A stretch of DNA of 47,623 nucleotides from Escherichia phage TanjaMuster_Bas81, in the sequence record PQ850630.1; one strand, written 5' to 3'. The translations under genes and the position numbers were made by a program. Below, piece by piece: positions 33,009 to 43,454 of this stretch (positions within the stretch are counted from its first letter, which is position 1; every line of letters starts with the position of its first letter). The notes beneath the pieces were generated by a model. That model had not been told where the DNA came from, made no database searches, and worked only from the letters and a program-made list of their open reading frames with translations.

Positions 33009-35165
33009 ATGGCTACCACACCAACCAATAAACCAATTCCGTCAGAATACCCTCGCGACCTGAAATTTAATGCCGGGAAGATTGACGAGGTAGTGACATC
33101 TGATGCGCATTACTACACCGATCGCTTCGGCGTGCGCCGCTGGACAATTGCTGGCTTCCAGCACACCGCAGAAGAAGCCATCCGTAACTATGGCTACATC
33201 ACTATTGACAGCTTCGAAGATGGTGCAACACTGACGCTACCAAATCAGGTTTTGCGTTATGAGGCTACTGGAGAATATTACCGCTGGGATGGAGATTTCC
33301 CAAAAATAGTTCCGGCTGGTTCAACTCCAGATAGCACAGGCGAGGTTAAATTAGGAGCGTGGGTTAGTGTTGGTGATGCTTCATTGAGAAGTGATTTGGC
33401 CCTAACCACAGGCGCAGGTCTAGTTGGTACAACATCCGGCAGGACCGTACAGGCAGAGTTTGATTACCGCAAAACTCAAGCGGAAAAAACAGAGATAAAC
33501 ATACTTGACTACCTTCCGGATAACGTGATCGCGGCGCTAAACGATGTTAATGCATCAATGGCTCTAGGAAGCGTAAGGACATACATCGAACAGGCTTTGG
33601 CGGCAGCAACGAGCGAGAATATCGGTACTGGGGTTACTTTACGTTTCCCGGCTGGGTTCTTTTGGCTTGATTCTACTCTTAACCTTCCTAAAAGGACGCG
33701 TATTGTTGGGGTCTACCCAGAAACATACTTTATGGCGCTCCCCAACTTTACCGGCACTAACGTAATTGCTGGCTCCACGGGACCAGCTATAGTCGCTATT
33801 GATAACTCAGGACAAGACCCGTTTTATATTGAAGGTTTCCAGATAAACGCAGATGGCTCACAACCGAATGTGGTTGGACTGCACATTGGCGGATGCCGTA
33901 ATTCCGTCGTCCGCCGAATATCTGTATCGGGGACCTTCGATGCTGCTGTTGTTATCCACCCTAAAAACGCAACATCTGGAGACGTGGAGAACCTGGAATT
34001 AAGCCACGTATGGACATTAGGTGGTGGGCTTGTGCTCAGGACTAATACAGATATCGACCGTGGAAATTTAACAGGTCTGTCATTCCGGGATTGTATGTTT
34101 TTCAGCACAATCGACAACAACCCTTCATGGGCGACGTCCGGTAACCCATCCATCAGATTCTCATGTCATACTGACAGACAGATTTTTTCATGTACATTCG
34201 ACCGCGTTGGTTGGGCTAGTCGTGCGACATACGCTATTTACTCAGAAAGTCTTGCAGGAAATAGCGAGGCAGATGTAAAAGGTTTCCGTGATATCCATTT
34301 CTCTGATTTCGCCGGAGAATCCCACAACGCTGACGGCTCGCTAACATCAGACTGTACGTATGCCCTACTTACGAAGATGCGGAATAGCACATTTACTAAC
34401 ATCCAACGCTCTGGCGCCGTGACCCGTGGGGGTATCATTATGGATGGGTGCGAATATGTGACCTTCAACTCAGTGTCTTTTGCAGATCCCAATATTAGCA
34501 CTGGAACAACTGCCCCACGGTGCGTATATCAAAACTCTACTAATAGATTTAACCGTTTTATCAATTGTGACTTAACAGATGCTACTGGTAGTATGTTTGA
34601 TTTAGATGGTTGGACCATAGCTAACAGTGTGATGTACTACTTTAAGGGCCTGTTCTGGGATGACAGTGGGACTAGTATCTGGGAATGTGAACAAATGTCT
34701 AGCACTCCTGGCGTTATGTTCGCAAGAAGTACATTAAACCAAAATAACGGGTCGGCCTTCCCTCAACAGTCTGGGGTTACAATGCTAACTTCAGGCGACA
34801 ACCTTCAAGTTACTTTTGCAAGAGACACCACTACTAAAACCTTTACAATACCTATTACTACATCTTCTGGTGTATTTAATAACCATGACAGGGTGTATGT
34901 GGCATTTAGACATCAGTTCCTTAGCTATGGAACCAATACTGTAGTGAAAATAGGGATTGGAGGTAAGTATGTTACAATCAGTCCTCAATCGGGAACTGAT
35001 TATTTTGCGGTGGTTAGTAGAGCACGTTCTTTGGCAACATCATTTGATATCCAAGTCACTTATAGTGGCGCTTCGGGAGATTGCATTATTCTTATTAGAG
35101 ATTTAATTGTATCAAATAAAATGCCGTGGCTCCCTAACTTCACCAAAGTCTTACTTTGCGATTAA
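33009..35165 (+). CDS. tailspike/receptor-binding protein with right-handed beta-helix (putative depolymerase)
   Basis: 718 aa; N-terminal conserved tail-attachment-like domain (GAWVSVGDASLRSDLA); central region with repeated hydrophobic beta-strand pattern typical of pectate-lyase-like beta-helix. Confidence 0.6.
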   Translation: MATTPTNKPIPSEYPRDLKFNAGKIDEVVTSDAHYYTDRFGVRRWTIAGFQHTAEEAIRNYGYITIDSFEDGATLTLPNQVLRYEATGEYYRWDGDFPKIVPAGSTPDSTGEVKLGAWVSVGDASLRSDLALTTGAGLVGTTSGRTVQAEFDYRKTQAEKTEINILDYLPDNVIAALNDVNASMALGSVRTYIEQALAAATSENIGTGVTLRFPAGFFWLDSTLNLPKRTRIVGVYPETYFMALPNFTGTNVIAGSTGPAIVAIDNSGQDPFYIEGFQINADGSQPNVVGLHIGGCRNSVVRRISVSGTFDAAVVIHPKNATSGDVENLELSHVWTLGGGLVLRTNTDIDRGNLTGLSFRDCMFFSTIDNNPSWATSGNPSIRFSCHTDRQIFSCTFDRVGWASRATYAIYSESLAGNSEADVKGFRDIHFSDFAGESHNADGSLTSDCTYALLTKMRNSTFTNIQRSGAVTRGGIIMDGCEYVTFNSVSFADPNISTGTTAPRCVYQNSTNRFNRFINCDLTDATGSMFDLDGWTIANSVMYYFKGLFWDDSGTSIWECEQMSSTPGVMFARSTLNQNNGSAFPQQSGVTMLTSGDNLQVTFARDTTTKTFTIPITTSSGVFNNHDRVYVAFRHQFLSYGTNTVVKIGIGGKYVTISPQSGTDYFAVVSRARSLATSFDIQVTYSGASGDCIILIRDLIVSNKMPWLPNFTKVLLCD

Positions 35166-35168
35166 AAC

Positions 35169-35195
35169 TAAGGCCCCGAAAGGGGCCTTTTCTCT
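35169..35195. terminator. bidirectional intrinsic terminator
   Basis: aggcccc/ggggcct stem with GAAA loop then TTTT; between convergent tailspike and ssb genes. Confidence 0.75.
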
Positions 35196-35210
35196 ATGCT
35201 TCTGATATTT

Positions 35211-35714
35211 TCAAAACGGAATGTCGTCGTCGAAGTCCATCGGAGGCTCATTACCTCCTTGTTGGCTTTGTTGTTTTGGTTGCTGCTGCTGTTGCGGATT
35301 TGTTCCCCATCCACCTTGAGGTTGTTGTCCTGATTGCTGGCGTGGTTGCTGACCAGAATCATCGCGTTTACCACCAAGCATCTGCATAACGCCGCCCATC
35401 TGTGGAATGACAATCTCAGTTGTGTATCGGTCCACGCCGTTACTGTCAGTCCATTTTCGAGTGCGCAGCTGGCCTTCTATGTAAACTTGCGATCCTTTGC
35501 GAAGATATTCTGCTGCAACTTCCGCAAGTTTCCCGAATATGACAACACGATGCCATTCAGTTTGCTCTTTCTTTTCTCCTGTTTGTTTGTCTTTCCACTG
35601 CTCAGATGTTGCAACGGAAAGGTTGGCAATTGCAGAGCCTGATGCTGAATATTTAACTTCAGGGTCATTACCGAGAGTGCCGACAATAATTACTTTGTTT
35701 ACGCCTCGTGCCAT
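35211..35714 (-). CDS. ssb: single-stranded DNA-binding protein
   Basis: OB-fold N-terminal region typical of bacterial SSB, Gln/Gly-rich linker, acidic C-terminal tail DFDDDIPF. Confidence 0.9.
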   Translation of the reverse strand: MARGVNKVIIVGTLGNDPEVKYSASGSAIANLSVATSEQWKDKQTGEKKEQTEWHRVVIFGKLAEVAAEYLRKGSQVYIEGQLRTRKWTDSNGVDRYTTEIVIPQMGGVMQMLGGKRDDSGQQPRQQSGQQPQGGWGTNPQQQQQPKQQSQQGGNEPPMDFDDDIPF

Positions 35715-35717
35715 TTA

Positions 35718-36764
35718 TTAAAATCCTTCAATTGGGGTTGGTTTATGTTCGGTTTTTTCTTCCTGTGGTTCTGGCTGTTGGGGTTGCGGTTTAGCCAGTT
35801 TTGCAGGGTTGAAGTTATCTTGCGGTGTGATTACCACAGGAGATAATTGCTCATCATTGATGAAAGACTCAATGCGATCATATTCAGTAGCAGAAGCAGC
35901 GAGAGAAGGCCAGATTGCACGAATCTTATCTTTCAGGTTATCAGGTATTGATTTTGCCTCTTCCTTCAGGCCTTCCATGCCTTTTGCGGCAGAGAGCTGA
36001 AGTCGTGAGCGCCATGACTCAAACTCTTCGTCAACTTTAACTCCAGAGTCCACCCATTTGATGAGTCCGCGACCATGTGCCTCGCCAATGTATCCATGTC
36101 GAACGCTTTCACGACCAGACTCAAAGAAGATTGGGCGTAGTTCTTCTGGTAATTTGGTGAACTCCTGAATTTTTCCTCCATCGTGCATCATCATGCTCAC
36201 AGTCATTTCGAACATGAAGTCTTTCTCGCACACTGGCTGTAACCCAAGTGATACAGGCTCCTTCGGGTTTGCGAAATCAGTTTTCTGGCGAGCACGAAGA
36301 CATACAATGATATGCATATTGCTTTGCAGCATGGCATTCATAAACTTCTTGTGTTCAGCTTTGGCGCGCTTCCAGTCAGCCATCTTTTTGCCGTTAAGCA
36401 ACGGCTTTTCAGCAATCTCCGTGCAACTCCCTTCCCCTTCCCATTCGTGCGAGCCTGAATCAATAACAAGAACCTTAACGCCAGCAGCCTGAAACTCTTC
36501 AATGGCCTGACGGTAACGAGCAGGACTGAATGGAGCATACATATCAGCATGCAGGAATTTACCATCAAGGATGTTTGAGTACAGGCGACCGCGACCGTTT
36601 TCAGTATCAAGGAATCCGATTTCTTCTGGTGAGTCAACCATCCCGCGAGCAAGCTTAAGTGCGCTATATGTTTTCCCGCTACCAGACTGGCCTGAAATAC
36701 CGATTACCACACGAGAACCGGAACGCTCTGCTGGTTTTATATTGAGAATACCCATTTGCATCAC
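35718..36764 (-). CDS. RecA-like NTPase (AAA_24/Sak4-like recombination ATPase)
   Basis: Walker A GISGQSGSGKT near N-terminus, Walker B-like hhhhD (VLVIDSG); in recombination module next to ssb and exonuclease. Confidence 0.55.
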   Translation of the reverse strand: MMQMGILNIKPAERSGSRVVIGISGQSGSGKTYSALKLARGMVDSPEEIGFLDTENGRGRLYSNILDGKFLHADMYAPFSPARYRQAIEEFQAAGVKVLVIDSGSHEWEGEGSCTEIAEKPLLNGKKMADWKRAKAEHKKFMNAMLQSNMHIIVCLRARQKTDFANPKEPVSLGLQPVCEKDFMFEMTVSMMMHDGGKIQEFTKLPEELRPIFFESGRESVRHGYIGEAHGRGLIKWVDSGVKVDEEFESWRSRLQLSAAKGMEGLKEEAKSIPDNLKDKIRAIWPSLAASATEYDRIESFINDEQLSPVVITPQDNFNPAKLAKPQPQQPEPQEEKTEHKPTPIEGF

Positions 36765-36772
36765 CTCACTAA

Positions 36773-37723
36773 TTATAAATTAAATTGCTTCTTGAACCAT
36801 TCAGGCGTTTCCATTTCTATGACAGGATTACCTATTGAATAACCCGGCCACGAATTGGCTTTTTTACACGCCTTGTAAATTTCCATAGCTCCATGCAACT
36901 GAATGCGACCGATGCGCAACTGCTCTTCCGTTAATCTAATTAACGCAGGAATAAACGGTGCTTTCTTTTCCTGAACTAAAAGGTTTACCGAACGAGGCGC
37001 ATGACCGTATGCCGCAACAAACATATCGTGTTGCATAGCCATTTTCATGAAGTAGCCAAGTCGCGCAGCATGTCGGAAAAACTCTTCAGGCTTGGCGCTA
37101 ACTGCTGTTTTGTAGTCAATGATGTCTCCTCCTTTTGTCAGGCAGTCAAAGCGAACTTTTGCTTTTTCTCCATTAAGCTCACCGAGAATTGACACTTCAG
37201 CATAAGCACCAGCAAGAAGACTGCTGTAATAGCTATTTGCGTGGATTACAGCACGCATTTGCTGAATGGATTCATAATCACCACCTTCCAGCATTTGCCT
37301 TCCTGCAGCAGATTTTTCAGCCTCTTCACGGATAACATCGTAAATTTTAACTGGTTCGCCAGTCGCCTGAATGATTTTAATCACCTCAGCCTTCGACTTT
37401 CCAGAAAGCCCTTTAATTCCTCGCTCTTTCGCCCATGAGTTCATGTCGCTCACGGTAACAAGCAGGTCATCACCAAAATCTTCTTTGGTTGGCATGCGAG
37501 CATATTCAGCATCAAAACGCTCTGGTTCAAGCAGAGCTGTATGACTTCCTGTACCGAAGATAAGTGCTTTTGACTGCTCATCTTCTTCGTCTTTGTAGCG
37601 CCATGCCGCTGGACAGCGGTCATAAATGTTCCACAAACCAGAGCCATTAATGTGCTCTGTGTCGGCGTGGTAATCCTCATTACTGAGTTCATTGTTGAAA
37701 TAGACTTTCATTGTTAACCTCAC
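36773..37723 (-). CDS. PD-(D/E)XK family exonuclease (RecE/YqaJ-like)
   Basis: motif FDCLTKGGDIIDYKT consistent with PD-(D/E)XK nuclease core. Confidence 0.55.
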   Translation of the reverse strand: MRLTMKVYFNNELSNEDYHADTEHINGSGLWNIYDRCPAAWRYKDEEDEQSKALIFGTGSHTALLEPERFDAEYARMPTKEDFGDDLLVTVSDMNSWAKERGIKGLSGKSKAEVIKIIQATGEPVKIYDVIREEAEKSAAGRQMLEGGDYESIQQMRAVIHANSYYSSLLAGAYAEVSILGELNGEKAKVRFDCLTKGGDIIDYKTAVSAKPEEFFRHAARLGYFMKMAMQHDMFVAAYGHAPRSVNLLVQEKKAPFIPALIRLTEEQLRIGRIQLHGAMEIYKACKKANSWPGYSIGNPVIEMETPEWFKKQFNL

Positions 37724-37748
37724 TCATCATCACGTAAATGAATCTACA

Positions 37749-38183
37749 TCAATCCACATCAAAAGGCAAGCCAAAATAGAAAAGTGTGGCTTTTTTTAGT
37801 TCATCAAGTCCATAAGCGATGGCGGCATAATGACCAAGCCTACACATCTCTGTTAGCACATCCGATTGCTCCTTGCTCACTCTGCTTTTACTTTTATCGC
37901 GGCGCTTTGACTCAATCATTCCGCAACTGTGATTTACACCCGGAGTCATTATTACGTTGTCGCCTATTCCAGTCTTAACTCCCATCTTCTGGCGCTTCAG
38001 CACAAACTGCACTCTGCTTGATGTGCCAGTTTCGTTTGGTACATGAAACCACAGAACATCAGGGAATCGGTGTTGCATCCATGTGCCGTAACCCATCTGG
38101 TCAGTCTCCTCTTTAGGACACTCACCACGATAACCGCTATCAAATACCCATATACCGCTATCAAGCTGCTTCACTTTGCTCAC
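37749..38183 (-). CDS. VRR-NUC domain nuclease
   Basis: 144 aa with D...E.K-type nuclease motif arrangement resembling VRR-NUC. Confidence 0.5.
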   Translation of the reverse strand: MSKVKQLDSGIWVFDSGYRGECPKEETDQMGYGTWMQHRFPDVLWFHVPNETGTSSRVQFVLKRQKMGVKTGIGDNVIMTPGVNHSCGMIESKRRDKSKSRVSKEQSDVLTEMCRLGHYAAIAYGLDELKKATLFYFGLPFDVD

Positions 38184-40098
38184 CTGTAAAATCTTTTCTG
38201 TGGATTATGTCTCGGCCTTTATCATTAATACGATGCGTGATGCGTTTTGGCGATTTAATCAATCCAGCATACATCATGAATTGTTTTGCGTTCTGGCATT
38301 TCAGTATTTTCCCAGCCATTGACTTATCATCAAGGTGAGGAAAGATAGCCTTTGCCTTAAACATGTTTTTCATGTGAGTTGCGCCGCTATAAGGGTAGAA
38401 AACCTCGCTAGCCCATCCTTCTTTTCCGTCACAACGATTAATCCAGTAGCGATATAAAACCCCCTCTCCATCCTTCGTTAACTGAACCTTGAAATCCATA
38501 ACGTCAGCCCATTCATTATCCGTATACGCACGCTCATTCAGTGCCGCATTAGGGTCGCGCAGAACATGATCGCAATGTCGGCAATAACGCGCAGTAGGGT
38601 CATTTTTAGTCCCGCAACCATCATCAAAAATCCGTATTCCATGCTTGTCGAAACCGCAACGAATGTAGCTGAAAAATTCTTCGCATCGACCATCTGGCGA
38701 TAGTACATCTTTGCCAATGCAGCGGCGCGCATATGGGCTGTTCATTGTTCCGCATTTCGGGCACGGAACCTGTTCACCACTGCGCCTTGAACGCTGAGCC
38801 TCAGCTTCTTCCAGAATCGGGTCTTCATACAGCTGACCAAGCTCAAACATCGTGCCTGAGAAATCAAGAACCAGATGGTCTTCTTTATGATACCCAGCAT
38901 CAATTTGCTCCTTCTTCAGCAGGCGCATACCGCGACCAAGCAACTGGACAAGGAGAGTTAGCGACATTATTTTCCTGAGGATTACGCTTACATCCCATAG
39001 CGGAATGTTTACTCCGGTCGTCAGCGCGGCTATCTGGAATGTGTATTTTATTTTGCCAGTGTACGCATCCTTTAGAGCCTTACGTCTGGCTTTTTGCCCC
39101 ATATCTTCGGTGACAATAGCGTAGCTACCTTCTGGCAGATATTTAGCAGCTTCTAAACAATGCTTCTTGCCTGCGCAGGTAATTAACACTCCATTTCTAT
39201 CTTTTGTAAGCTCCATCACTTTGAGCATGATTTTCTGTGTGAGAGTACCTTGCTCAAGGATTTCTTCCTGCATCTGCTTAAGTTGTTCGGCAGTGAAGTC
39301 CTGCGTTCCGTCGATATCAGATCCACGGAATGCTGAAAGGTCGTAATGCAAATCATCAACATCATGAAGGCCAAAGATTGTTGGAACAACAAATCCGCGA
39401 TCTACCATGTACTTTGTGTCAATGTTTATTATTTCATTCTTCCAGTACGCACCTTTCATTGATTCAGTGCCACGGAATGGGCTTCCGGTGAATCCAATTG
39501 TTATCATTTCATGACCATGTTTTGCCTTGCATCTCCTGTTAAGTTCCGTAAGTATTACACCATATTGTGTTGTTGGATTCTCACTAATAATGTCCTGCCA
39601 CGGAACTTGGTGCCCTTCATCGCACAGGCAAAATCTGGGGGCAAAATCACTCAATCCACCTTTCTTAACGTCACCACTTGATTCATCTTTTTTATCAAAA
39701 AGTGCGTTAACGATTGTTCCTTCAGTTCCGCATATAATAGGGTATGCTGTACTTTTCCTGCCAAGAGATGCGCTATAAAGAGAATTTTTTACACCGCACT
39801 CCCACATCATTTCAGCATTCTGCTCTGCTATTTCCCCCTGCCTTGAAATAACAAGGCCATCCCACCCCATATCCTGAAATCTACTGCAAAGCATTGAAAT
39901 TATCACGGTCTTTCCTGATGAAACCGACGCTGTAACATAGCTTGGTTCAGGTTTCTTGCCAAAATTACGAATAACCTCAGCGCACTTTGCGTAAACAAGC
40001 CATTGGTAATCATATGGCTCTATGGAGCCTAATTTTATTGATTGCTTTAACTTCTCAATATTAATCTCTGAAATCATTTTGTCTATTTTGTTCATCAC
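38161..40098 (-). CDS. SF2 (DEAD/DEAH-box type) DNA helicase with C-terminal zinc-finger region
   Basis: Walker A-like SSGKT, DEGH motif II, helicase C-terminal motifs, multiple C-terminal Cys pairs (CPKCG, CRHCDH). Confidence 0.7.
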   Translation of the reverse strand: MMNKIDKMISEINIEKLKQSIKLGSIEPYDYQWLVYAKCAEVIRNFGKKPEPSYVTASVSSGKTVIISMLCSRFQDMGWDGLVISRQGEIAEQNAEMMWECGVKNSLYSASLGRKSTAYPIICGTEGTIVNALFDKKDESSGDVKKGGLSDFAPRFCLCDEGHQVPWQDIISENPTTQYGVILTELNRRCKAKHGHEMITIGFTGSPFRGTESMKGAYWKNEIINIDTKYMVDRGFVVPTIFGLHDVDDLHYDLSAFRGSDIDGTQDFTAEQLKQMQEEILEQGTLTQKIMLKVMELTKDRNGVLITCAGKKHCLEAAKYLPEGSYAIVTEDMGQKARRKALKDAYTGKIKYTFQIAALTTGVNIPLWDVSVILRKIMSLTLLVQLLGRGMRLLKKEQIDAGYHKEDHLVLDFSGTMFELGQLYEDPILEEAEAQRSRRSGEQVPCPKCGTMNSPYARRCIGKDVLSPDGRCEEFFSYIRCGFDKHGIRIFDDGCGTKNDPTARYCRHCDHVLRDPNAALNERAYTDNEWADVMDFKVQLTKDGEGVLYRYWINRCDGKEGWASEVFYPYSGATHMKNMFKAKAIFPHLDDKSMAGKILKCQNAKQFMMYAGLIKSPKRITHRINDKGRDIIHRKDFTGEQSEAA

Positions 40099-40670
40099 CT
40101 ACTCCTGCTAAAATCACCGTGTAATGATTTTCTATATTTCTTTATGGCGTTACCTGCTTCCTCTGCTGTATTAAAGTAACCAAGATTAAATCTCCTGCCG
40201 TTAACCGCTATCCTTGCTCTCCACTTTTTACTTTTTGCATCAAAGCCAACCCCTTTAAATCCAGATTGGTTATCAATTCTGATTTTCCTATTCATGCAGT
40301 TTTCGCTTGGTTTTGCCTCTCTTAAATTTAAGATGGCGTTATTTGATTTATCTAAGTCGATATGGTCAATCTCAAATTAAGGCCACTTCCCGTTAACATA
40401 AAACCATGCAAGTCTGTGGGCCATAAACCTGTATCCACCTATAACTATGCGTACATATCCGGTATTCTCAACATATCCAGCTCTCGGTGAGTTACTGTGA
40501 TTACCATTTCTCCACGTAAAAATTCCTGTTGATTTTTCATAATTAATTTTTGATTTAAGAAACTCATGGCTTAGCGATGACTCCTTTTGCTTTCTTCTCT
40601 CTAAATTTCTTGACTCTGCACCTGACAGAGCAGCACTTCGCCTTTGCAGTTCCGATGAACTCATTTCCAC
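40095..40670 (-). pseudogene. HNH homing endonuclease gene disrupted by in-frame TAA stop (N-terminal fragment 40377..40670, C-terminal AP2 fragment 40095..40295)
   Basis: same reading frame across TAA at 40377-40379; translation ...HRLAWFYVNGKWP*FEIDHIDLDKSNNAILNLREA...MNRKIRIDNQSGFKGV aligns with intact paralog 541..1056 ([35 protein letters not shown]). Confidence 0.6.
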
Positions 40671-40701
40671 AAACCTCGCACTTCTTTACGGTGATCGCCA
40701 T
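40564..40701 (-). CDS. small zinc-ribbon protein (45 aa)
   Basis: manual translation MAITVKKCEVCGNEFIGTAKAKCCSVRCRVKKFREKKAKGVIAKP; GAGGT RBS; overlaps out-of-frame with 5' part of HNH pseudogene. Confidence 0.35.
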   Translation of the reverse strand: MAITVKKCEVCGNEFIGTAKAKCCSVRCRVKKFREKKAKGVIAKP

Positions 40702-40808
40702 TTCATAACCTCTATTGTAACGATTAATTGTTTCATTTCAAGTAACGATTGATTGTTTCATGCGAGTAAATTACAATGATTCTACATCATCGTCAACAGG
40801 AAGATTTT

Positions 40809-41762
40809 ATGAGATACGACTGGAAAGACATTGAGCCAAAAATGCTCGGAAATTGGCAGGCCGCCATCATGTCTATCGTCAATGTGGATAGCAGAGTTTT
40901 CAATGGCAAGCACCAGCCATGCCCGTCATGCTCAGGAAAAGACAGATATCGCTTTGATGATAACTTCGAAACAAAAGGCGATGGCGGCGCAATATGCAAT
41001 CAGTGCGGGTCCGGCAGCGGCATGAACTGGCTGATGAAACTTTCAGGCATGAACTTCCCTGAAGCACTGGAGGCGCTTGGTGGATTCCTGAACATGCACC
41101 CACGCGAAAAGCTGGAGGCAATCAGGAAGGAACTACCGAAGATAAATTACAACGATGACTTCATCACCGAGCAGGAAGTAGCCGCAATCATGTCTAAAAC
41201 GACGCGTGTCGCGATGAGTGAGTGGACTTTGATAAATGGTATTGGTTGCGACGTTAGCGTCGTCAGAGGGAAATCTGGGGAGCTTATTGCGGTTGAGATG
41301 GTGCGCGCTGACACAATGAGTCCGTGCAACGTGGCATTCATTGGCATGGATGGTGATGCATTCAGAACATTCTACAAAGCAGGATATAACAAAGACTCAG
41401 CCATAAACGGCAAACTCACACGAGGCGCGATAAGCCCAATCGGAGAAGATAACGGAAAGTTCATTTATCTGGTGTCTGATTATGCCGACGCGTGGAAATG
41501 CCATTACTTCACTGGCGCGCATGTCTGGTGCTGCTGGTCGCCGGAAAATATGTGGGAAGTGGTGCGCTCGGTTAGCGGTGAGACGAAAGCAAGGTTACGC
41601 TGCATAGTTAATTATAAATTTGACGAGCTTTGCGCTGCGGAAAATGCAGGACTTCCGGTGATGCTGCCTGATGATTCCGACACAATCAGGATGGCGAAGC
41701 GAATCAGAAGAAAGATTTATGACGCTGGCGAGTTGATAGAGAAGATCTCAGTTTGCAGATAA
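40809..41762 (+). CDS. DNA primase (N-terminal zinc-ribbon plus TOPRIM-like domain)
   Basis: CPSCSGKDRYRFDD...CNQCG zinc-binding motif as in phage primase-helicases; AGGAAG RBS before ATG 40809; TACAAT -10 at 40771-40776. Confidence 0.65.
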   Translation: MRYDWKDIEPKMLGNWQAAIMSIVNVDSRVFNGKHQPCPSCSGKDRYRFDDNFETKGDGGAICNQCGSGSGMNWLMKLSGMNFPEALEALGGFLNMHPREKLEAIRKELPKINYNDDFITEQEVAAIMSKTTRVAMSEWTLINGIGCDVSVVRGKSGELIAVEMVRADTMSPCNVAFIGMDGDAFRTFYKAGYNKDSAINGKLTRGAISPIGEDNGKFIYLVSDYADAWKCHYFTGAHVWCCWSPENMWEVVRSVSGETKARLRCIVNYKFDELCAAENAGLPVMLPDDSDTIRMAKRIRRKIYDAGELIEKISVCR

Positions 41763-41861
41763 AGGAAACCATCCAGTTGGAGGGTTTTTGTTATTCATTG
41801 AACTCTGGCGCTTCAGTCCAGAAGTGCTCAGGTAAAATTTTAAGTTCGTGTGTTTTGCTCA

Positions 41862-43454
41862 TCACAACCCCCTCATAAATCTCATGCGCTTAACGGCAGC
41901 GGAAAGATAATTTCTAACCGTTGAGTTCATCCGCAGGCCATCCCATGAACCATCACTACACATCTTAATTGCTCTTGGATTATCCCTGTCCAGCATTAGT
42001 GGTGAATGTTTGTTCTCCTCAATGGCAAGAAGAACCTCATAAACAAACTTATCAGGTGTTAGTGTGATGTTATTAGAGTCAGCAGAATTGATTATCTTTT
42101 CAACTCTGTCACGGCACAGCTTGTTCTTTATAACAGACAAATAAGGCGTTTTAATGAATGCCTGTGATTCACAAATTCGCTTTATTTTTTCAACAATATT
42201 CGACCACTCAGTATTCTCAAGTCCATCAAATGCCTGTTCACCCTCAAGGAATCTTTTCAGCCCTGACAGGTGTTCAAGAACCGTGATATAACCCCACTCG
42301 ATATGCTCCATCGTCACTGATGGTGTCATTCCCTGCCGACTTGACAGATCGGTATACGCCGCCAGAGTTGCAAGATCGACAATCATTAGACCCATACGAG
42401 GGATAACATCACCAACAACACCATCGCAATCACCAAGCTCACTTTCCAGTTTCATAGACAGAGATCGGTGCAGTTTTTTAGCATTATCATCAGCCCATAC
42501 AACGTGAGTTTTCGCGGTAAGAACCCTACCTTTCCACTCATTGATTATTTTTCTTGAAAGCGTACCACTCACTTCCACATCCTTCATCGCTGGCATTTCC
42601 TCACCAGCAAGATGTCCAAGCTGGAACAGCACGCGCCCCATACCGCCATCTTTCTGCCATGAACGCGCAGCATCTATTCCCTGCTCTGGTGTGACAGTAA
42701 TCAGCGGAACAAATTTTGCGTTTTCAATTCCACCTTCTTTTGTTGCAATTTCGTACTCATTCATTGCCGACTTTAGTGCTCTCCCAACGCTGTGGTCCAT
42801 CATCGCAAGACGCTTATAATCTATGACTCCTTTCCCGTCATCTCCACCAGTAAGTGGCACTATCCATCCCTCTGCGCTTGCTGCCGCCATGATGCGTTTT
42901 GGGTTTTGTTCCCACGTAAGGTTTTCAAGCAACTCCTTTATTATTGGTCTATTAGGAACCCACACGCCGCCATCAGTTAGGGCTCTATACCACGCCATAG
43001 TGCCGCCAAGATATGCATTGCGCGGGTTGTTCCAGTCTTCAAGATGTTGCTTGTCATCGTTCACAACGTAGAGCAAAGACCCACCTCCGGCAATCAGGTC
43101 TAACTGCATCTGTTTCGTCGATGTTGATTTGGATGCGCAAACTCTGGACCCTATTCCCAGCGCATTGGCATACGCCCTGACGAAACTCACCGGTGCACCC
43201 TTACCTGCACCAGAGCGAGCCACGAGAAATATTCCAGTATTGCAGATACTACCTGTTGGACCAATCAAGTATCGTCCAGCCATCGCCTGAGCAAGACCCA
43301 ACGCGCCAGTTAAACGATATCTTCCCCCTCCCTCACGGCGCTCAAACCCCCTTGCGATCTCATCCATAAACTCACCAAGTGCCCCGGGAGCATCCCGCTT
43401 TATGCCCATAGCCAGAGACTCAAAATCAATCGAACTCATCAATACACCCTCCAT
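41862..43454 (-). CDS. putative replication protein with P-loop NTPase motif (helicase/initiator candidate)
   Basis: 530 aa; Walker A-like GIFLVARSGAGKGAP; located in replication module; family not confidently recognised. Confidence 0.35.
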   Translation of the reverse strand: MEGVLMSSIDFESLAMGIKRDAPGALGEFMDEIARGFERREGGGRYRLTGALGLAQAMAGRYLIGPTGSICNTGIFLVARSGAGKGAPVSFVRAYANALGIGSRVCASKSTSTKQMQLDLIAGGGSLLYVVNDDKQHLEDWNNPRNAYLGGTMAWYRALTDGGVWVPNRPIIKELLENLTWEQNPKRIMAAASAEGWIVPLTGGDDGKGVIDYKRLAMMDHSVGRALKSAMNEYEIATKEGGIENAKFVPLITVTPEQGIDAARSWQKDGGMGRVLFQLGHLAGEEMPAMKDVEVSGTLSRKIINEWKGRVLTAKTHVVWADDNAKKLHRSLSMKLESELGDCDGVVGDVIPRMGLMIVDLATLAAYTDLSSRQGMTPSVTMEHIEWGYITVLEHLSGLKRFLEGEQAFDGLENTEWSNIVEKIKRICESQAFIKTPYLSVIKNKLCRDRVEKIINSADSNNITLTPDKFVYEVLLAIEENKHSPLMLDRDNPRAIKMCSDGSWDGLRMNSTVRNYLSAAVKRMRFMRGL

